This document shows, piece by piece, positions 25,446 to 37,943 of a stretch of 64,000 nucleotides of DNA. This stretch comes from Amoebophrya sp. A120 (Eukaryota > Protista > Dinoflagellata). The translations under genes were made by a program, and so were the position numbers. The stretch is taken from assembly GCA_905178155.1 (NCBI GenBank), contig CAJINV010000006.1, positions 1,489,876-1,553,875 of the forward strand, in the 5' to 3' direction. Position 1 is the stretch's first letter, and every line of letters begins with the position of its first letter. The notes beneath the pieces were generated by a model. The model saw only the letters and a program-made list of their open reading frames with translations, did not search any database and was not told where the DNA came from.

Positions 25446-26663
25446 AGTACGTGATGAAGATTCTTCGCCATGATGTCGGGAAGAGTATTCGGAGAGCACC
25501 ACCACACTATAAATATTGATTTTTGGTGAAATATTAAGCGACAAGAACTACTACTACCGGGAGAGCAAATTGTAGCTCGACCAAAGGATGAAACTACTCT
25601 CAACATAACTTGGTACCACGGAGCAATGTTCTTGAACCATTTACTGAAAATTCTGCGACTGAAGAAGAGCTGCTGGGCCGGCTTGGGGCTCGAGGTCGAG
25701 CAGCAGTGTATGAAACCCATTCGGTCAACGGGGATGGCATGCATGTTGAGAGTTCACCGGATGGTAGTTCCCGTTGCAAATAGACTCGTTCACTGCAGTA
25801 AGCAAGAAGAGCTTCTTACACGAGTCGGCATGGAGGTCCGGACTGAGAAATAAAGATTTAGAATGGCAAGAGAACCGCGTAGTTCTTGCAGCTGCTTTTC
25901 ATGTAGTGAAATGTGTGCGTCTTCCGCTTCTTTCCATCGTCGGATCGTGCATCTTAACTCCCTTCATACGTCGGTATTTCTCGTCGTGCACTATCGCGGT
26001 AAGAAGTAGCTCGGTTATTTCCGCCTCGTTGTGCACATGGTTTCTCGGCAACAACTCGTTCTTCGTCCATCGAACAGGCAGAAGCTGCATCTCCATCGTT
26101 CAAAAGCTCGGTGTCGTGGCTTTGCTCCGCTCACTTTACGAAAACCAGTGGTCCCGTCGGTTGCTGAACTTGTAGCTGCTGCTCGTACAACTGCGTACTT
26201 GATTCCTTACGAGAAATTTATTTTTCGTCCGTTGGTACCCAATCGTACGGTTTGATTTTCGTTTTCAAGAACTCTTGCTCGTTGACAGTACCGTTGCATG
26301 ATCTTCCATGCGGCTGCTGACCGACACAGCAGCTGGCCGACAAGCTACAAAATTTACTCCCGCTTCGTATCATGTCGTCCACTCATCCTATATCAATGCA
26401 GGAGCTGGCATGGTGCAACGATATTGACACGACATATCCTTGCGCTGTACCAGTATCAGTTAAGTGTAATACTTCCCAATAAAAATAGCTCCCCACTCTT
26501 CATCTGCTCTTCAACACCTCGAGCTACTTCTGCTTCATTAAAAAATCAAAAGTCGACCCACGGAAACGAAAAGTAGACAGCACAGTTTTCAGAGTAGTTT
26601 TTGACTTCAGTTTTTTGAGCGTGAGCATTCTCGTGATTCACAAAAACAACATTCCCAGAGAAG

Positions 26664-28342
26664 ATGGAGGCTGCTGCAGGCGGAAGGGCGAGCGTGAAGA
26701 GAAACTCGCGAAACACGTCTCCACATGGGGCGGGAGGCGGACGGAAGAGCCAGGCAATTTACGATGCCGGAAGCAAAAAAGGCTGCTGCGGCTCCTTATG
26801 CGTTGCAAAGAAATGATTTTTATCTCATCCGGGTGAACTGCAAGAAGGTGTATGAAATAAAGTGCACACTTCTAGTCTTGCTGATAGATTGTGATTGCGT
26901 ACTTCTACTACAGGAGAATGAAAATCTACACTCACCGGGTCATAACTTTGACCAAGAAAATGAAAAGCAAAACATGCCTTCCCGTGAAGTGGAGCCGGCG
27001 ATTACATCTGGGCATTCCGATTACTGTTATTCTGCTTAAGGACTCTTAAATAGTAATAGACCCTGCATATTAGCTGCACCACTCAAATGAAATCTGCATC
27101 TGAATCTATCCTCTCCAGTCGCTCGAGATGAAATCATTTCTCCCTCTGCCTCCATACCCATGTTGTGGTTGCAACTGCGGGCTGTGGAGTTTCCTGCAGC
27201 TCTCAATCGCATTGTTCCTCACCAAAGACGTGTACCAGATGATCGAGGCGATGGCCTACTGCCGATCGAATCCGGAGCTGTGCGTGAATTTCGAGACCCT
27301 AGAGTTTGCCGCCGCTATCGTGTGTCTCCTGGCCCTGGTGTGCAGCATCGCCATGTTTTTCTTAAATTCCTTCTGCGGCGACTCCAAATGCGGTTTTCTC
27401 TTCATTTTCTTCTGCATGATGCTCATTATGCTGTTCGACGCCATTTTTTATCGAATGCAAAAAAGTCTGGGTCTGGAAGGATGCAAGGTTTGTCGTGCAG
27501 GTTTTCCATGACCCATGAGGTCTAGCATGTAGGACATAGCATGACAGATTCTGTGAGAGTTCCATTATGCCTATCCTGCATGAGAAACTGCCTCTCGATT
27601 AGGTCAAAAGTCGACAGTTTTTGGTATGCATGCAACACAGATTTTTACATCATTCGGATTTAGCATGACAAGTTGCTTTGTTCCAGACCCAGACACTTTT
27701 GCATTTGATATTTTCCTCGGATCCAAGCGGTGGCACGGCCCAAGCTTATCCTGTGCAAATATGTCTGCGTCTGGGTCTGGAAGTTTGTGGTGCTAAAGTG
27801 TGCATGATGAAAAAACTTTCTCATGCAGGAAAGCATGACAAGTTTGAACAACCCTTTATCATACGAATCCCGCATGAGAAACTGCGTTTTTGTATGACGT
27901 GAGAGGCTGCCGCTGCCACTTTTGTTGGTCTCGCAATACAGATTTCACAGGAATGCAAGACCAGCATTACAAGTTCCAACTTTCCAGACCCAGACATGTT
28001 TGCATTTGATAAAGCTACGGTGGCGACAACGATAGCATAAAGTACCTGAACGACATACGACTCTGGACGGGGGTGCCATATCCTTTGCAAAAGTATCGTA
28101 CTCCTAGTAGTAATTGCTATCAGGCATGACAAATATCTCTTCTTTAGGTGAATCAGCATGACAAATTCAATTTTTCGCTATGGAAAAATTTGTGATGCAA
28201 TAGCAATTTATACGAGTACGATACTTTTGCAGTTCATATGCCAGGCGGGTTGTTGATAAGCTTTTTGGGTCTGTACTACGGGGGCGCCACGCAGGACCCC
28301 CCAGCAGTAATGAAACACTGCCCGTGGGACGAGAGAGTTTGA
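26664..28342 (+). CDS. Cys-rich multi-pass membrane protein, paralog 1 (~203 aa)
   Basis: Exons 26664-26796, 27162-27448, 27716-27746, 28017-28078, 28244-28342 (612 nt). KKGCCGSCCGCNCG, about four hydrophobic segments, ends WTGVPGG..LYYGG..PWDERV*. Aligns with paralogs 2 and 3. Confidence 0.8.
26797..27156. mobile_element. Introner, singleton type
   Basis: TATGCG..AGAAATGATTT / AAATCATTTCT..CCATA; DR CTCCT/CCCAT; frame restored. Confidence 0.75.
27449..27710. mobile_element. Introner, family A
   Basis: TIR; DR TTTTT/TTTTC. Confidence 0.9.
27747..28011. mobile_element. Introner, family A
   Basis: TIR; DR AAGCT/AAGCT. Confidence 0.92.
28079..28238. mobile_element. Introner, family B
   Basis: TIR; DR TGCCA/TGCCA. 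Confidence 0.92.
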
Positions 28343-28441
28343 GGTGCTGGGAGTTGATGTTGGCACGAGCCCAAATAAGCAGCATTCCAAGCGAAACACC
28401 TACCATTTTTTCACCTGCAACAAGTGCAACGGCTTGGATTC

Positions 28442-30975
28442 CCATCGTGATTTGGTTAGTAGGTGGATCCCTTCGGAACGCAGAAAATAGAAGAAAGGGA
28501 TAGCATAAGAGGCGTCTTTGGTGTGTGTGTGTTGTGTAAAGTGTGGAGGAAGTTGGTTTCCTTGCTTGAATTGCGAAACGCGAAAAGCGAAAAAAATACA
28601 AAGCCGATCCATAACAGAACTCACACAGTAAGCAAAGAAAAGGGGGAGGCGGCTCCAGAAATGCGAAACACGAAAAACGAAAAGAGCCCCAAGACAATGA
28701 ATATAGTAGGCAGAGAAAAAGCGGAAGCGGCCCACGAAAAGCGAAGCGCGAAGAAAACGACCGGGGAAATAATCAGCAGAAGAGGTAGAGAGAAGCGAAG
28801 GCCGACCCCGAAATGCGAAACGCGAAAAGCGAGCCCAGCCGTTTGGCTTTGTTCTGCCTTTTTTTTCATCACAACGAACCCCCCTCCTTGCTTTGAATGG
28901 TATGCACACAGCCCCGCGCGTTTTTTTTCAATAGCGACGCGAGCGATCTTGGCGAAGCTCCGCACTTCATACGTTGCGCAGCTATTTTGCAAAGGAAAGC
29001 AAAAGGGAAGGCGTCCAATTCGTGGAGGCCCGGGCCCCGAGGGCGTTTTTGCTTGCTCGGTCTCAATATTGTCGCGAGGGATGTTGCCCGCCCGTGCGCC
29101 CGCAACAGATCGACGCGGCCCCCGCCCGCGAGGGGCTGCGCCGTCATCAGCAGAGCCAGTCTAGCAACATAACGCAAGCTAACAACTAACAAGCGCCGGG
29201 CCGGCGCGATCTTCGACAGGATACACCGAAAGGGCGCGCACGCTACAAACATGCCGCGCGCACTACAAGCGCGCGCATACGGGGGGTCTGGGGCGCCCGG
29301 GGGCCGGTGCAGCGCATTTCTCCAGGGTGGCGCCGCGCGCCCATGTGGGGGGCGGGCCCCACATCCGGCCGGGGCAGATCGGCGGCTGGATGGCAGCGAG
29401 CCCCACTCGGCAAACCCAGGCTGGCCAGTGCGGACCGCCGGCGCGACCGCGAGCGCTTTCAGGGGCCGCATTTTGCTCCGCGGGCGGATTCTCGCTGAGA
29501 GAAGGGCTAGGCCTGTTGCCATGGGCAAAACCTTTGCAACGCCATCGCTTTCCAGCTCGATGGCGCTCAGGGATTTGCGTTGCATTTTTCTACCGATGAG
29601 GGGCCTGCGCTTTTTTCTTCGAACCACGAGAGGGCTTTCGCTTCAGTAATCCGCCTGCGCTTTTGGATGGTTGGGCTTGCTGCGGTGAACAGGGTCGCCT
29701 CCTTCTCGTCATTAATTTTTTGCGCGCAATGAATCGCGTGGGTTTGTTTGCATTTGCTTCCATTGGTGGAGAAAAGTGCGCGCGCTTTCATTCTCGAGCC
29801 ACGAGCGAGCTGCCAGCCTGATTTACTTCGCCGGCGCTCTTAGGTGGAATCTGTTGCGATGGCCCTGGTCTCCTCGCGAAACCCTCGCAACTTTGTGCTG
29901 CCGCCCGCGCCTCGAACACGGTGGGGGCGGGGCTTGGCGCCGGCGGCCCTCAGGGGCGGGCGCCCATCGCTGCGCCCTGCTACATTGGTGCGCCCGCCGG
30001 GAAGTTTCTCGCGATATTCATTTCGCCACACACACACACAAACAGAAGCGCCCCCACGCGAATGCCCAGCGTTTTCGTTTCGGGCCTACGCAACAGGGCG
30101 CCAGCCCCGCCCTAGGCTGCGGCTGGTGCGACCGACCAAGGGCCCGCCGCGCCATTTGGCGCGGCATGGGCCAAGCGCTGCGACTGGGATCCATGCCTCC
30201 GCTTTCCGCGCGCCCCCCGCCCCGGCCTCTCGCCCGGCCAAAACAAAGACAGGCGGGCGGGACGGTGGTCCACGTCGATCTGTTGTGCTTGGGCGCACGG
30301 GCGAGCCGCGTGCCTAGCGACAACGCCAAGACCAAGAGCCAACCCCCCCGGGTCCCCGGCCTCCTAGAACTGGACGCGCCCCCATGCGCATACAAACTAT
30401 AAGTAGCCCCGCAGGATATTAAGTGTGGGGATCGTGGATATCGCTAGTGCGGAAGGGAAGGAGAGACAACGTCGGAGGCGGCGCCGAGCGTCGCCAATGT
30501 CTCTACTTAGTAAGAGGCGAAGGGCCTGCCTTCTTTCCTCACCGCTTTTCGCGGGCGCTTCGTGTTGCTTTCTCTCTTCTTACTCTACTCATTATCAGGG
30601 AGCCCACCCCGGTCGCTTTGTTGTTTTTCGCGCTTCGCATTTCGGAGGCGCTTCCGCTGTCTCTCTTCCTGCCCTACTGAGTAGCCACGGCCCCCCTTTT
30701 GGCTTTTCGCGTTTCGCATTTCGGAGGCGCTTCCGCTCTCTCTCTTCCTACTCTATTAATTGCCCACGGCCCCCCTTTGGTTTTTCGCTTTTCGCGTTTC
30801 GCATTTCGGAGGCGCTTCCGTTGTCTCTCTCTTCTTACTCTCCGAGTTCTCTATTGCCTTACTTTGGTTTTTCGATCGCTTTTCGCGTTTCGCATTTCGG
30901 AAGCGCTTCCGCTCTCTCTATAGTTAACTGGACAGATCTGCGATCTCTTTTAGGAAATTAGGTGAATCACGGTGG
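28442..30975. mobile_element. ~2.5-kb GC-rich foldback-type non-coding element (intergenic)
   Basis: Inverted subterminal arrays: GAAATGCGAAACGCGAAAA-like units at ~28570-28830 versus TTTTCGCGTTTCGCATTTCGGAGGCGCTTCCG units at ~30620-30915. Inner inverted homology ~29005-29130 versus ~30255-30385. Possible termini CCATCGTGATT / AATCACGGTGG; no TSD seen. Confidence 0.65.
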
Positions 30976-32506
30976 TGCTCTGCTTATTTGGGCCCCTCCC
31001 TTGATGTTGTGAGTTTTTATATATCAGAACAGATAGAGATACCTTTTTTTATTTACACCGGAGCTCTTGATGTTGGAGACAGGACTGCTCGCAAAAAGAT
31101 GAATTTGTGCGCCAGTACTTCTTCATCTTCTATCCATGCTCTAGTATGAATATGATCAGAGACATTTTTAAAGAACAACGGCTTGCCTCACCAGCAGTGC
31201 CTGGCGTTTGAACCTACCGCTTTACAGGTAACTGCTTGGTAGATGTAGCTGCTGTTGAACTATAGAAACAGAGACCAAATATTAACGCAAATGACACGAC
31301 GACCGTGGCACTTCGTATTTTAGAACCTAATCTGACGGGGGATCACGCGTCGTGAAGTAGACGAGATTTATATATTATGTTTTGACCCTGCGAACTGAGA
31401 GAATCTGAATCAGAATCCCACTTTCAGTGTCGTGTTTCATGACGTTATGCGCTAGAATAGAGCTCTCCCCGAGCACCAAGCGAAGCAGTTTTTGTTTTTC
31501 CATGATCGTATGAAAACTTCACCAAAAGGCGAATCAATAAAGGAAGAGGGAGACCTCTCTATCTTCAAGAAAATCCGTCAGGAAAAAATCGAGCCTCTTC
31601 TTGATTCATCAGAGCAAAGAGGATTCGTGGTTGCAAGCGAAAATGTCTTTTCGAGATGTCCGGTCGGACAAGAAAATTCAAATTTCTTTTCAAAAATAAA
31701 GTCGGTCGAGCACTAACATCGTTATTTCCGCCCCTTGCTTGGTGCAAAGTTTCTAAGTACTTCGATTTGTAATTGTAAACCGTTCGCCTGAAGAATTTTG
31801 TTAGTTTTATTTCTCAATAAGGTCGTGCCGCGGCATTCGTTAAGGTTGAAGCTGTTGCAGGTCGGTGACTCACCTCCTATAATCCTAGTTTCGTCTATCC
31901 TTTACTGGCCCTGCTCGTGAAATTGGTTCCGTTGGCCCTCTTTCGTTGTCGTATCTCGTTTCGGTCTATAATTTGCTTGTTCCCGCAGCAAAACTGGCAT
32001 CGCGCATGGAATAAATGTCGGTCACTCCTTGTTGATCTCCTGGCTCCGTTATTTTCGTGAAATTTTCGCCGTTCGTGAAGTTGTGTTTGCCAATGTTTTT
32101 CTCGTCGTTTCCGTCAGTTTCAACACCAAGGTCGTTCGTTTCGTGGTCTGGAAAGACTTATCTACAGTAGATGAGTCTTGAACGTAAATCAGTATCCACA
32201 CCTCTTCCAGCGCCAAAAGCAAACTCCGATTACACGACCACCCCCCGAAGTTCTTCATCGCACCCATTTCCACAAACCCTTTTTTTTCCAAAATAGGAGT
32301 CAAGCGATATTTATAGCAAAAGCAATTCGCTTGGTGTAAGTAAGTACAAGGACGACCCGTGGTGGAAAGGAAATGCATATGCAGTTAATACTGCAGCACC
32401 ACAACATTGTTTCAGCCTCTGAGAATTACCCCGTTGAAGAAAAGTAATTACAAGGAGAATCCACCTCGGAGAAGCACCGTCAACGACACGAAAAAAACCA
32501 ACAAAA

Positions 32507-33838
32507 ATGGCCTGCAATTGCAACTGCGGCTGGGTCCACTTTGCGATGTTCTGGTCGGCGTGTTTCATGCTACAGCGCTTTATCCTAATGGCGATGGACA
32601 CCAGCGACCAGGCGAAGTCTATGCGCGGCGAGGTGCTCACAGTGAGGATCATCGCCATGCTCTGCATGGCCGTGGTGGTCGTGCTGCAGATGCTCACGGT
32701 GTTCTGTAACAAAAACGGGAAGTGGGGCCTCTACACGTGCATCGCCTGCCTCTATCAGAAAGAAAAATCCCCCCTCGTCCCCGTATCGATGACGCAAAAA
32801 TTTGTGATGCTATATTCGAGTACACAAACCGATTTTTCATGCTAGGAGGGCAAGAGCCGAAGCTGTGGCCTCCTTTGCAGGCATATATTGTCATGCTGTT
32901 TCCCACTTCTAGCTGCCTCCTGTCATGCTGAAGACGCAATTGTTTACTCCCACGCCAACCAGCACTACAGTGTCTACATCTTTTCCCTTCTAGCATGATA
33001 AAGCTGATTTGTGGCCACAAATCTGCATCACAGATTTCCGCTTTGATGATATGGGGAGGGGGGATTTTTCTTCTTGATAGCCTCGCCGGAGTGTTCATAC
33101 TGGATGGTTTGATTGCTCGGACAGTTGACAGCGGTTTGGGCGTATCGCAAGAAAAAACCGTTTCAATGTGAACTTGTGATGCATAGAATGGAAGACAGAA
33201 CTATTTGTCTTGCCACACCTGCAAGACCTCGACTCTTTAGCGGTGTTTTCCCTTTGGAAGCGCGCATGGCAAATTTTCTGTGTCATGTGTAACACACTTG
33301 TGATGCAGATCTTGCAAGATCATCACAGTGAAACAGTTTTTTCGTGGGATAAGGCGATTACGTTGTCGGACCGCACCAGGACTTGACAAATGTGAAGACC
33401 TACTTCTTCGTTCTCACGTACTGGCCCGGAAACCTGCTGGTGACCTTGTTATGTACTGCAAATTTCGCTTGGGTCTGGATCTGGAAATACAAGTATATGC
33501 TCTACTTCGTCACTCACAAAAAAAATATAATTTGTGATGCGTGAGTTGGTACAACTACAAGTACAAAGGCTGGTTATGTTGGGGCACCTTTAGTAGACAT
33601 CACGTTCACGAGGATTTCTCATCCCAAATAAGCATGGCAAAGCCCATGATCCCGCAAAACCTGTGAAGATGCTGGGCTATGGCTTCTAAGTAAAACCCGC
33701 ATGACAAACTTCTGCACGACTGTTCAAGCCTGCTGACCCAGAGATGTTCTTTGCAGTGGATACGTGTTAGCCCTGTACTACGACGGTGGCGATTTGAAAC
33801 CGCGAACGAACGCCGACTGGCCTTGGGAAGGGGTTTAG
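32507..33838 (+). CDS. Cys-rich multi-pass membrane protein, paralog 2 (~155 aa)
   Basis: Exons 32507-32752, 33085-33142, 33357-33449, 33768-33838 (468 nt). Starts MACNCNCGW, ends YWPGNLLVTLLALYYDGG..WPWEGV*. Confidence 0.75.
32753..33079. mobile_element. Introner, family D
   Basis: TIR; DR GCCTC/GCCTC; body similar to 50442-50757. Confidence 0.9.
33143..33351. mobile_element. Introner, family F-like
   Basis: TIR; DR GGGCG/AGGCG. Confidence 0.82.
33450..33762. mobile_element. Introner, divergent family A
   Basis: TIR; DR CTTGT/CGTGT. Confidence 0.82.
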
Positions 33839-35157
33839 ATGAAGGACAAGGATTTTCAAATGTCTATATGATTTTTTTCGGCGACACTCACACTACCCAC
33901 CAGTGAAATGTAGAACTATCGAAAAGAAAGAAGATGTTTGCTATTGCTCCCCGCAAAATGAAGATCGCACATGTACAATACCACAACGAACTATGTATAG
34001 CGTGATCAACGCGACGCGCTACTATACCGTCACAAGTTCTGAGCTCGTTGCGCGACGAATTTGAAATTTCAAACGTACAGCGAGCGCAAATACAGATACC
34101 ACCCCAACATCCGCACAGAGACAGAATTTTATGTACGGAATATAAAAGACAGAATTTTAACACCAACGCGCCAAACTCGGAATACCAATCCACTTCTTCT
34201 CTTGCCAGCAGTACAAGTGTGGCGATACGACCACTTCCGCCCTCTTCTTTTTGTTGTGACGCTTCCAGTCGTCCAGCGCCCGTCTGGGTTTCGGTTTTAC
34301 TTGTAAGTGCATCTTCAAAATCGGTTTTACTTGTAAGTAAGTGCTCATCCTACGTACCTCGCGCTGCAAGAAATAATCGTGCGACCTATTTTCACAACAG
34401 CACACGACTAAGTAGAACCGCAAGCGATTGCTGTCTTCGCACGTAGTTGTGCCTGCATTGCCGGCACCACGACCACAGGTTGATGCAAAAATATTTTTCA
34501 CCAATCGTCCCGCGTGTTTTTCCTTTTCGTTCGTGATGTTGCAAAAGCCTGACAGTTGCGGTGATGTTGCACAAACCTGGTATAAACTCTGAATCTTTTG
34601 TCCTTTTCGTCGTGCTACTTTATCAGTAGAACCAACAGGAAATTTGCAAATCTAATCGGTTTTCGTTCACAAAAACCTCGTGTTTCGTTCACAAGAAAAA
34701 GAGCCTCGTGACTCACTTGTTTTTATCGGACCAGTTTCAGGAGTAAGCATACGCACCGCGAAATCACTTACTATTTTATACAGAGAAAATAATTGCAATT
34801 TGAATTTTCGCCCCAATATAGCGTAAGACACCTCCTCATCGTCCCTCTTCGTGTAAGTAGTAGTTTAACGCCTACTGATCTTCATTACATTACACGACTT
34901 TAGAAATAGAAAGGAAAAAACTCATGGCTTCATTCGAAATACGCCAGCGCTGCAAAGGACCAGGCGCTGAGAAAAAAAAACGGCGCACGTGAGCTGTACT
35001 ACACAGTTCTTCGGATTTTCTTTCCTAATTGTATGTAGATTCATATTCATTTTCGACCATTCTCGTGGACCGTGAGACGAAGCGAGTTTGGGACGAAAAA
35101 TAATTCTTGTTCCCACTCTTTCAAAAGCAAGCGTCCCGGCTACACGGCCTATAGAAA

Positions 35158-37943
35158 ATGCCTCGGGACAGAAGCAAAGGCGCCACCTCCTCTGGGCGCG
35201 ACAAAAGTGGAGACCGGAGCGGCGGGGACCGCGACCGGAGTGGTGGGGACCGCGACCGGAGTGGCGGGGACCGGAGTGGCGGAGACCGGAGCGGCGGAGA
35301 GCGGAGTCCGCGCACCGTTCCACCACTTAAAATAGTTGGCACTCTGAGCAAATCAGAAACTAAAGTCGCATATCAAATGCAAATATGTCTGGACCTCGAA
35401 GACCCCGAGGCCTGTCATGCAGATTTTGCATGATCCATGTCGTCTGCAATGCAGGACCTAGCATGACAGATTCTGTGAGATGATCGCTATCGTGCGTATC
35501 TTGCAGGACAAACTTCCTCGCAACTTGGTCAAAAGTGGACAGCTTTTGACACTCATGCAACACAGATTTTTGCACGATCCAGAATTAGCATCACAGGTTG
35601 CAATCTTCCAGACCCAGACATATTTGCAATGCATATCGCGATGAACCGAGCTGGCGGTCGCGGCGGAGGCGCGGGTTCTTCCAGTGATGACCTTTTGAGC
35701 GGAGCCGGCGATAGCGATTTTGAGTCGGGTGGCGCTCTAGGCCTCGCCGCGGGAGGAGGTGGCGGGGGCGACAAAAACAAGAGCGGACGGAAAAAGCAAA
35801 GCAACGGCTGCGGCTGCTGCACGTACTGTTGTCGGTGCCCAATGTTCATGGTGTTAGAGCTCTCACTGGCGATTTTTCTCATGCGCGACGTCTATCTGAG
35901 CATCAAGGCGATGGTGGACTGCCCCACAGTGGACCAGAGCGTCAGAGATGCCATGAGCAGTGCTGGAGGGAACAATTTCAACCCGGTGCAATCCTCTTAT
36001 CAAGCCCCGATGCAATCCTACATGGCCTCCTCTGCCAGCCAGCAGCCCGCTTATGCACTGCAAAAGTATCGTATTCGTATAAATGCATCACAGGTTTCAT
36101 CAGCATGAGAAGTGAAATTTGTAATGCGGATTTACCTTAAGAAAAAGATTTGTAAATGCATCACTGTAAAAATTACTACGAGTGCAATACTTTTGCAGTT
36201 GATACCGCTGGCACCGCTCAAACTTCGAGTTCGGGTGGAGGTGGAGGTGCATTCCCTTTATGACAATGAAAAATGCCCCTGCCGTTCCCGTTGCCGCCCC
36301 AGAACTAGTACTTGGCAGCATTTGTATTGCAAACCTACTTCCCAGTGGAAATATATCTTGTTGCAAGAAGCATCAGCATCACAAATTTTCAATGACGAAT
36401 AAGGTAAAATTTGTCTTGCAAAAGAGCCCAGCAACATCCTGGCAGAAGATGCCGTGCGCAGTGTAGTAGATTCAGCAGCATCAAAAAGACTTCTCATGAT
36501 CCTATCATGCAAAGATAAAAAGTTCTAGTTCTTCATTTGAAGAAAACCTTGTGCATCAGAAGCCTTTGGTGCAACAATTTCTGGGGTCGCTCGTGGGCGG
36601 GGCGATTTTAATTGTGATACCCGGCTTCAGCATTTGTTCAGGAGCACTTGTCGTCCTCGACAGACGGCGCCACGACCTCAATGGACGATGAAGACCACAA
36701 CATGAAGAAACACATAGAAGGCAGCAAAGAAGGCAGCACCAGTGCGACGTTCCTACAAGAGGAGGAAAATGAGCGCTCCTACCGCCGTTCCACAGCGGCA
36801 GGAGTAACCCAGCTACCGGGGCAGGCGAATGATCAAAGCAGGAGGGAACGAGATGCCACTAATTATGCCGAAGTAGTAGAGCAACAAGTAGATGATGGTC
36901 ATGGTCCGGAAGATTTGGCAAGCTCGCCGCATGAACAACCTTCAGATGTTGAATCACAAGTCGGTGGAGTTACTGTTTCATCTTCGACTTCATCGGCGTT
37001 CCTCTCCACTACGATGTCGACTTCGAAAAGTAGGGTTTCTGCCAAGAAGAAGATTACAACCTCCACGAGACACGCGGAAAGCAAATTCATCTCTCCGGGC
37101 AATATCATGAGCATGATGGGGATGATGGACGCTAACGGCTGCACCCCGTTTTTCGGCACCCTCGAGCTCGTCATGGCCTGCTTCTGCGTGATACGCTTTG
37201 CAAATATATCGATCTAGGTCTGGAAGTTTGTGATGCTGGGGATGTAAGGATAGTATTGAGATTGACGAGCGACGCATGACAAGTTTCATGATTTGAGAGA
37301 CTTCTACTACGGCTTCTTGCGTATTAGGTACACAGCGTGACAAGTAGTCGTTTTTTTGCATGATAGAGAAATAGCGGCCCTGTAGCGCACCCTGCATGAC
37401 AGATTTTTTCCTTCTCCTACCGAAGCATTACAGACCTAGATCGATCAGTTTCAAATCGATACATGATTCCCCTGATCCTGTCCGTAATCGTGCTCATCGT
37501 CAACGCGCTCTGCCAAGACAGCAATACGCATTGCAAAGGTTGTATCGCAATCATGCATTACTCGAGGTTGAGGTAAACCCGCATTACAAATCCCATTTCT
37601 CGTGCTGAGAAAATCATTTGTAATGCAGTTACTGCTACGTAGACGTAGTAGTAGTACGAATACGATACAGCTTTTCCAATGCATACAACAATTCGGTTGC
37701 CAATTTGTCTTTTTCTCGATGTTGGCCATTATGGTGTTGGACGGCACCTTTCTCGGGCCGAAAGTGTGGCCGGGCCCTAGCTACGGCCAGTTCGGAACCC
37801 AGCTAACGGATGTGCGGACGTGGACCGGGGTGCCCGGGGCGATGATCGTGAGCTTCTTCGGCATGTACTGGGACCAGAAGGGGAAGGGAAAAAATCTGCA
37901 AGTGCCTCCCGCGCTGCCGAAAGAGTACCCGTGGGACGTTTGA
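35158..37943 (+). CDS. Cys-rich multi-pass membrane protein, paralog 3 (~516 aa) with SGGDR-repeat N-terminus and a large inserted loop
   Basis: Exons 35158-35370, 35641-36051, 36210-36258, 36625-37191, 37467-37524, 37691-37943 (1551 nt). LELSLAIFLMRDVY, CQDSKFGC, FLGPKVWPGPSYG, WTGVPG and PWDV* align with paralog 1. Confidence 0.8.
35209..35305 (+). repeat. Coding tandem repeat (SGGDR/SGGDRDR)
   Basis: Repeated GG(C/T)GGGGACCG(CGACCG)GAG units in exon 1 of paralog 3. Confidence 0.85.
35371..35635. mobile_element. Introner, family A
   Basis: TIR; DR TCGCA/TCGCG. Confidence 0.9.
36052..36204. mobile_element. Introner, family B
   Basis: TIR; DR CCGCT/CCGCT. Confidence 0.92.
36259..36619. mobile_element. 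Introner, singleton type (degenerate)
   Basis: TATGACAAT..GCCCC / GGGGCG..ATTGTGATA; DR CCCTT/CCCGG; frame restored. Confidence 0.75.
37192..37461. mobile_element. Introner, divergent family A
   Basis: TCGATCTAGGTCTG / CAGACCTAGATCGA TIR core; DR CGTGA/CATGA. Confidence 0.85.
37525..37685. mobile_element. Introner, family B (degenerate)
   Basis: TIR; DR decayed (AGCAA/CAACA), but removing element +5 nt restores DSKFGC. Confidence 0.82.

Noticed and set aside
34290-34340. Direct repeat TCGGTTTTACTTGTAAGT x2 (also ATTTTAACATTCAG x2 at ~57447-57512)
   Set aside because: Two-copy local duplications in intergenic DNA with no further support for function.
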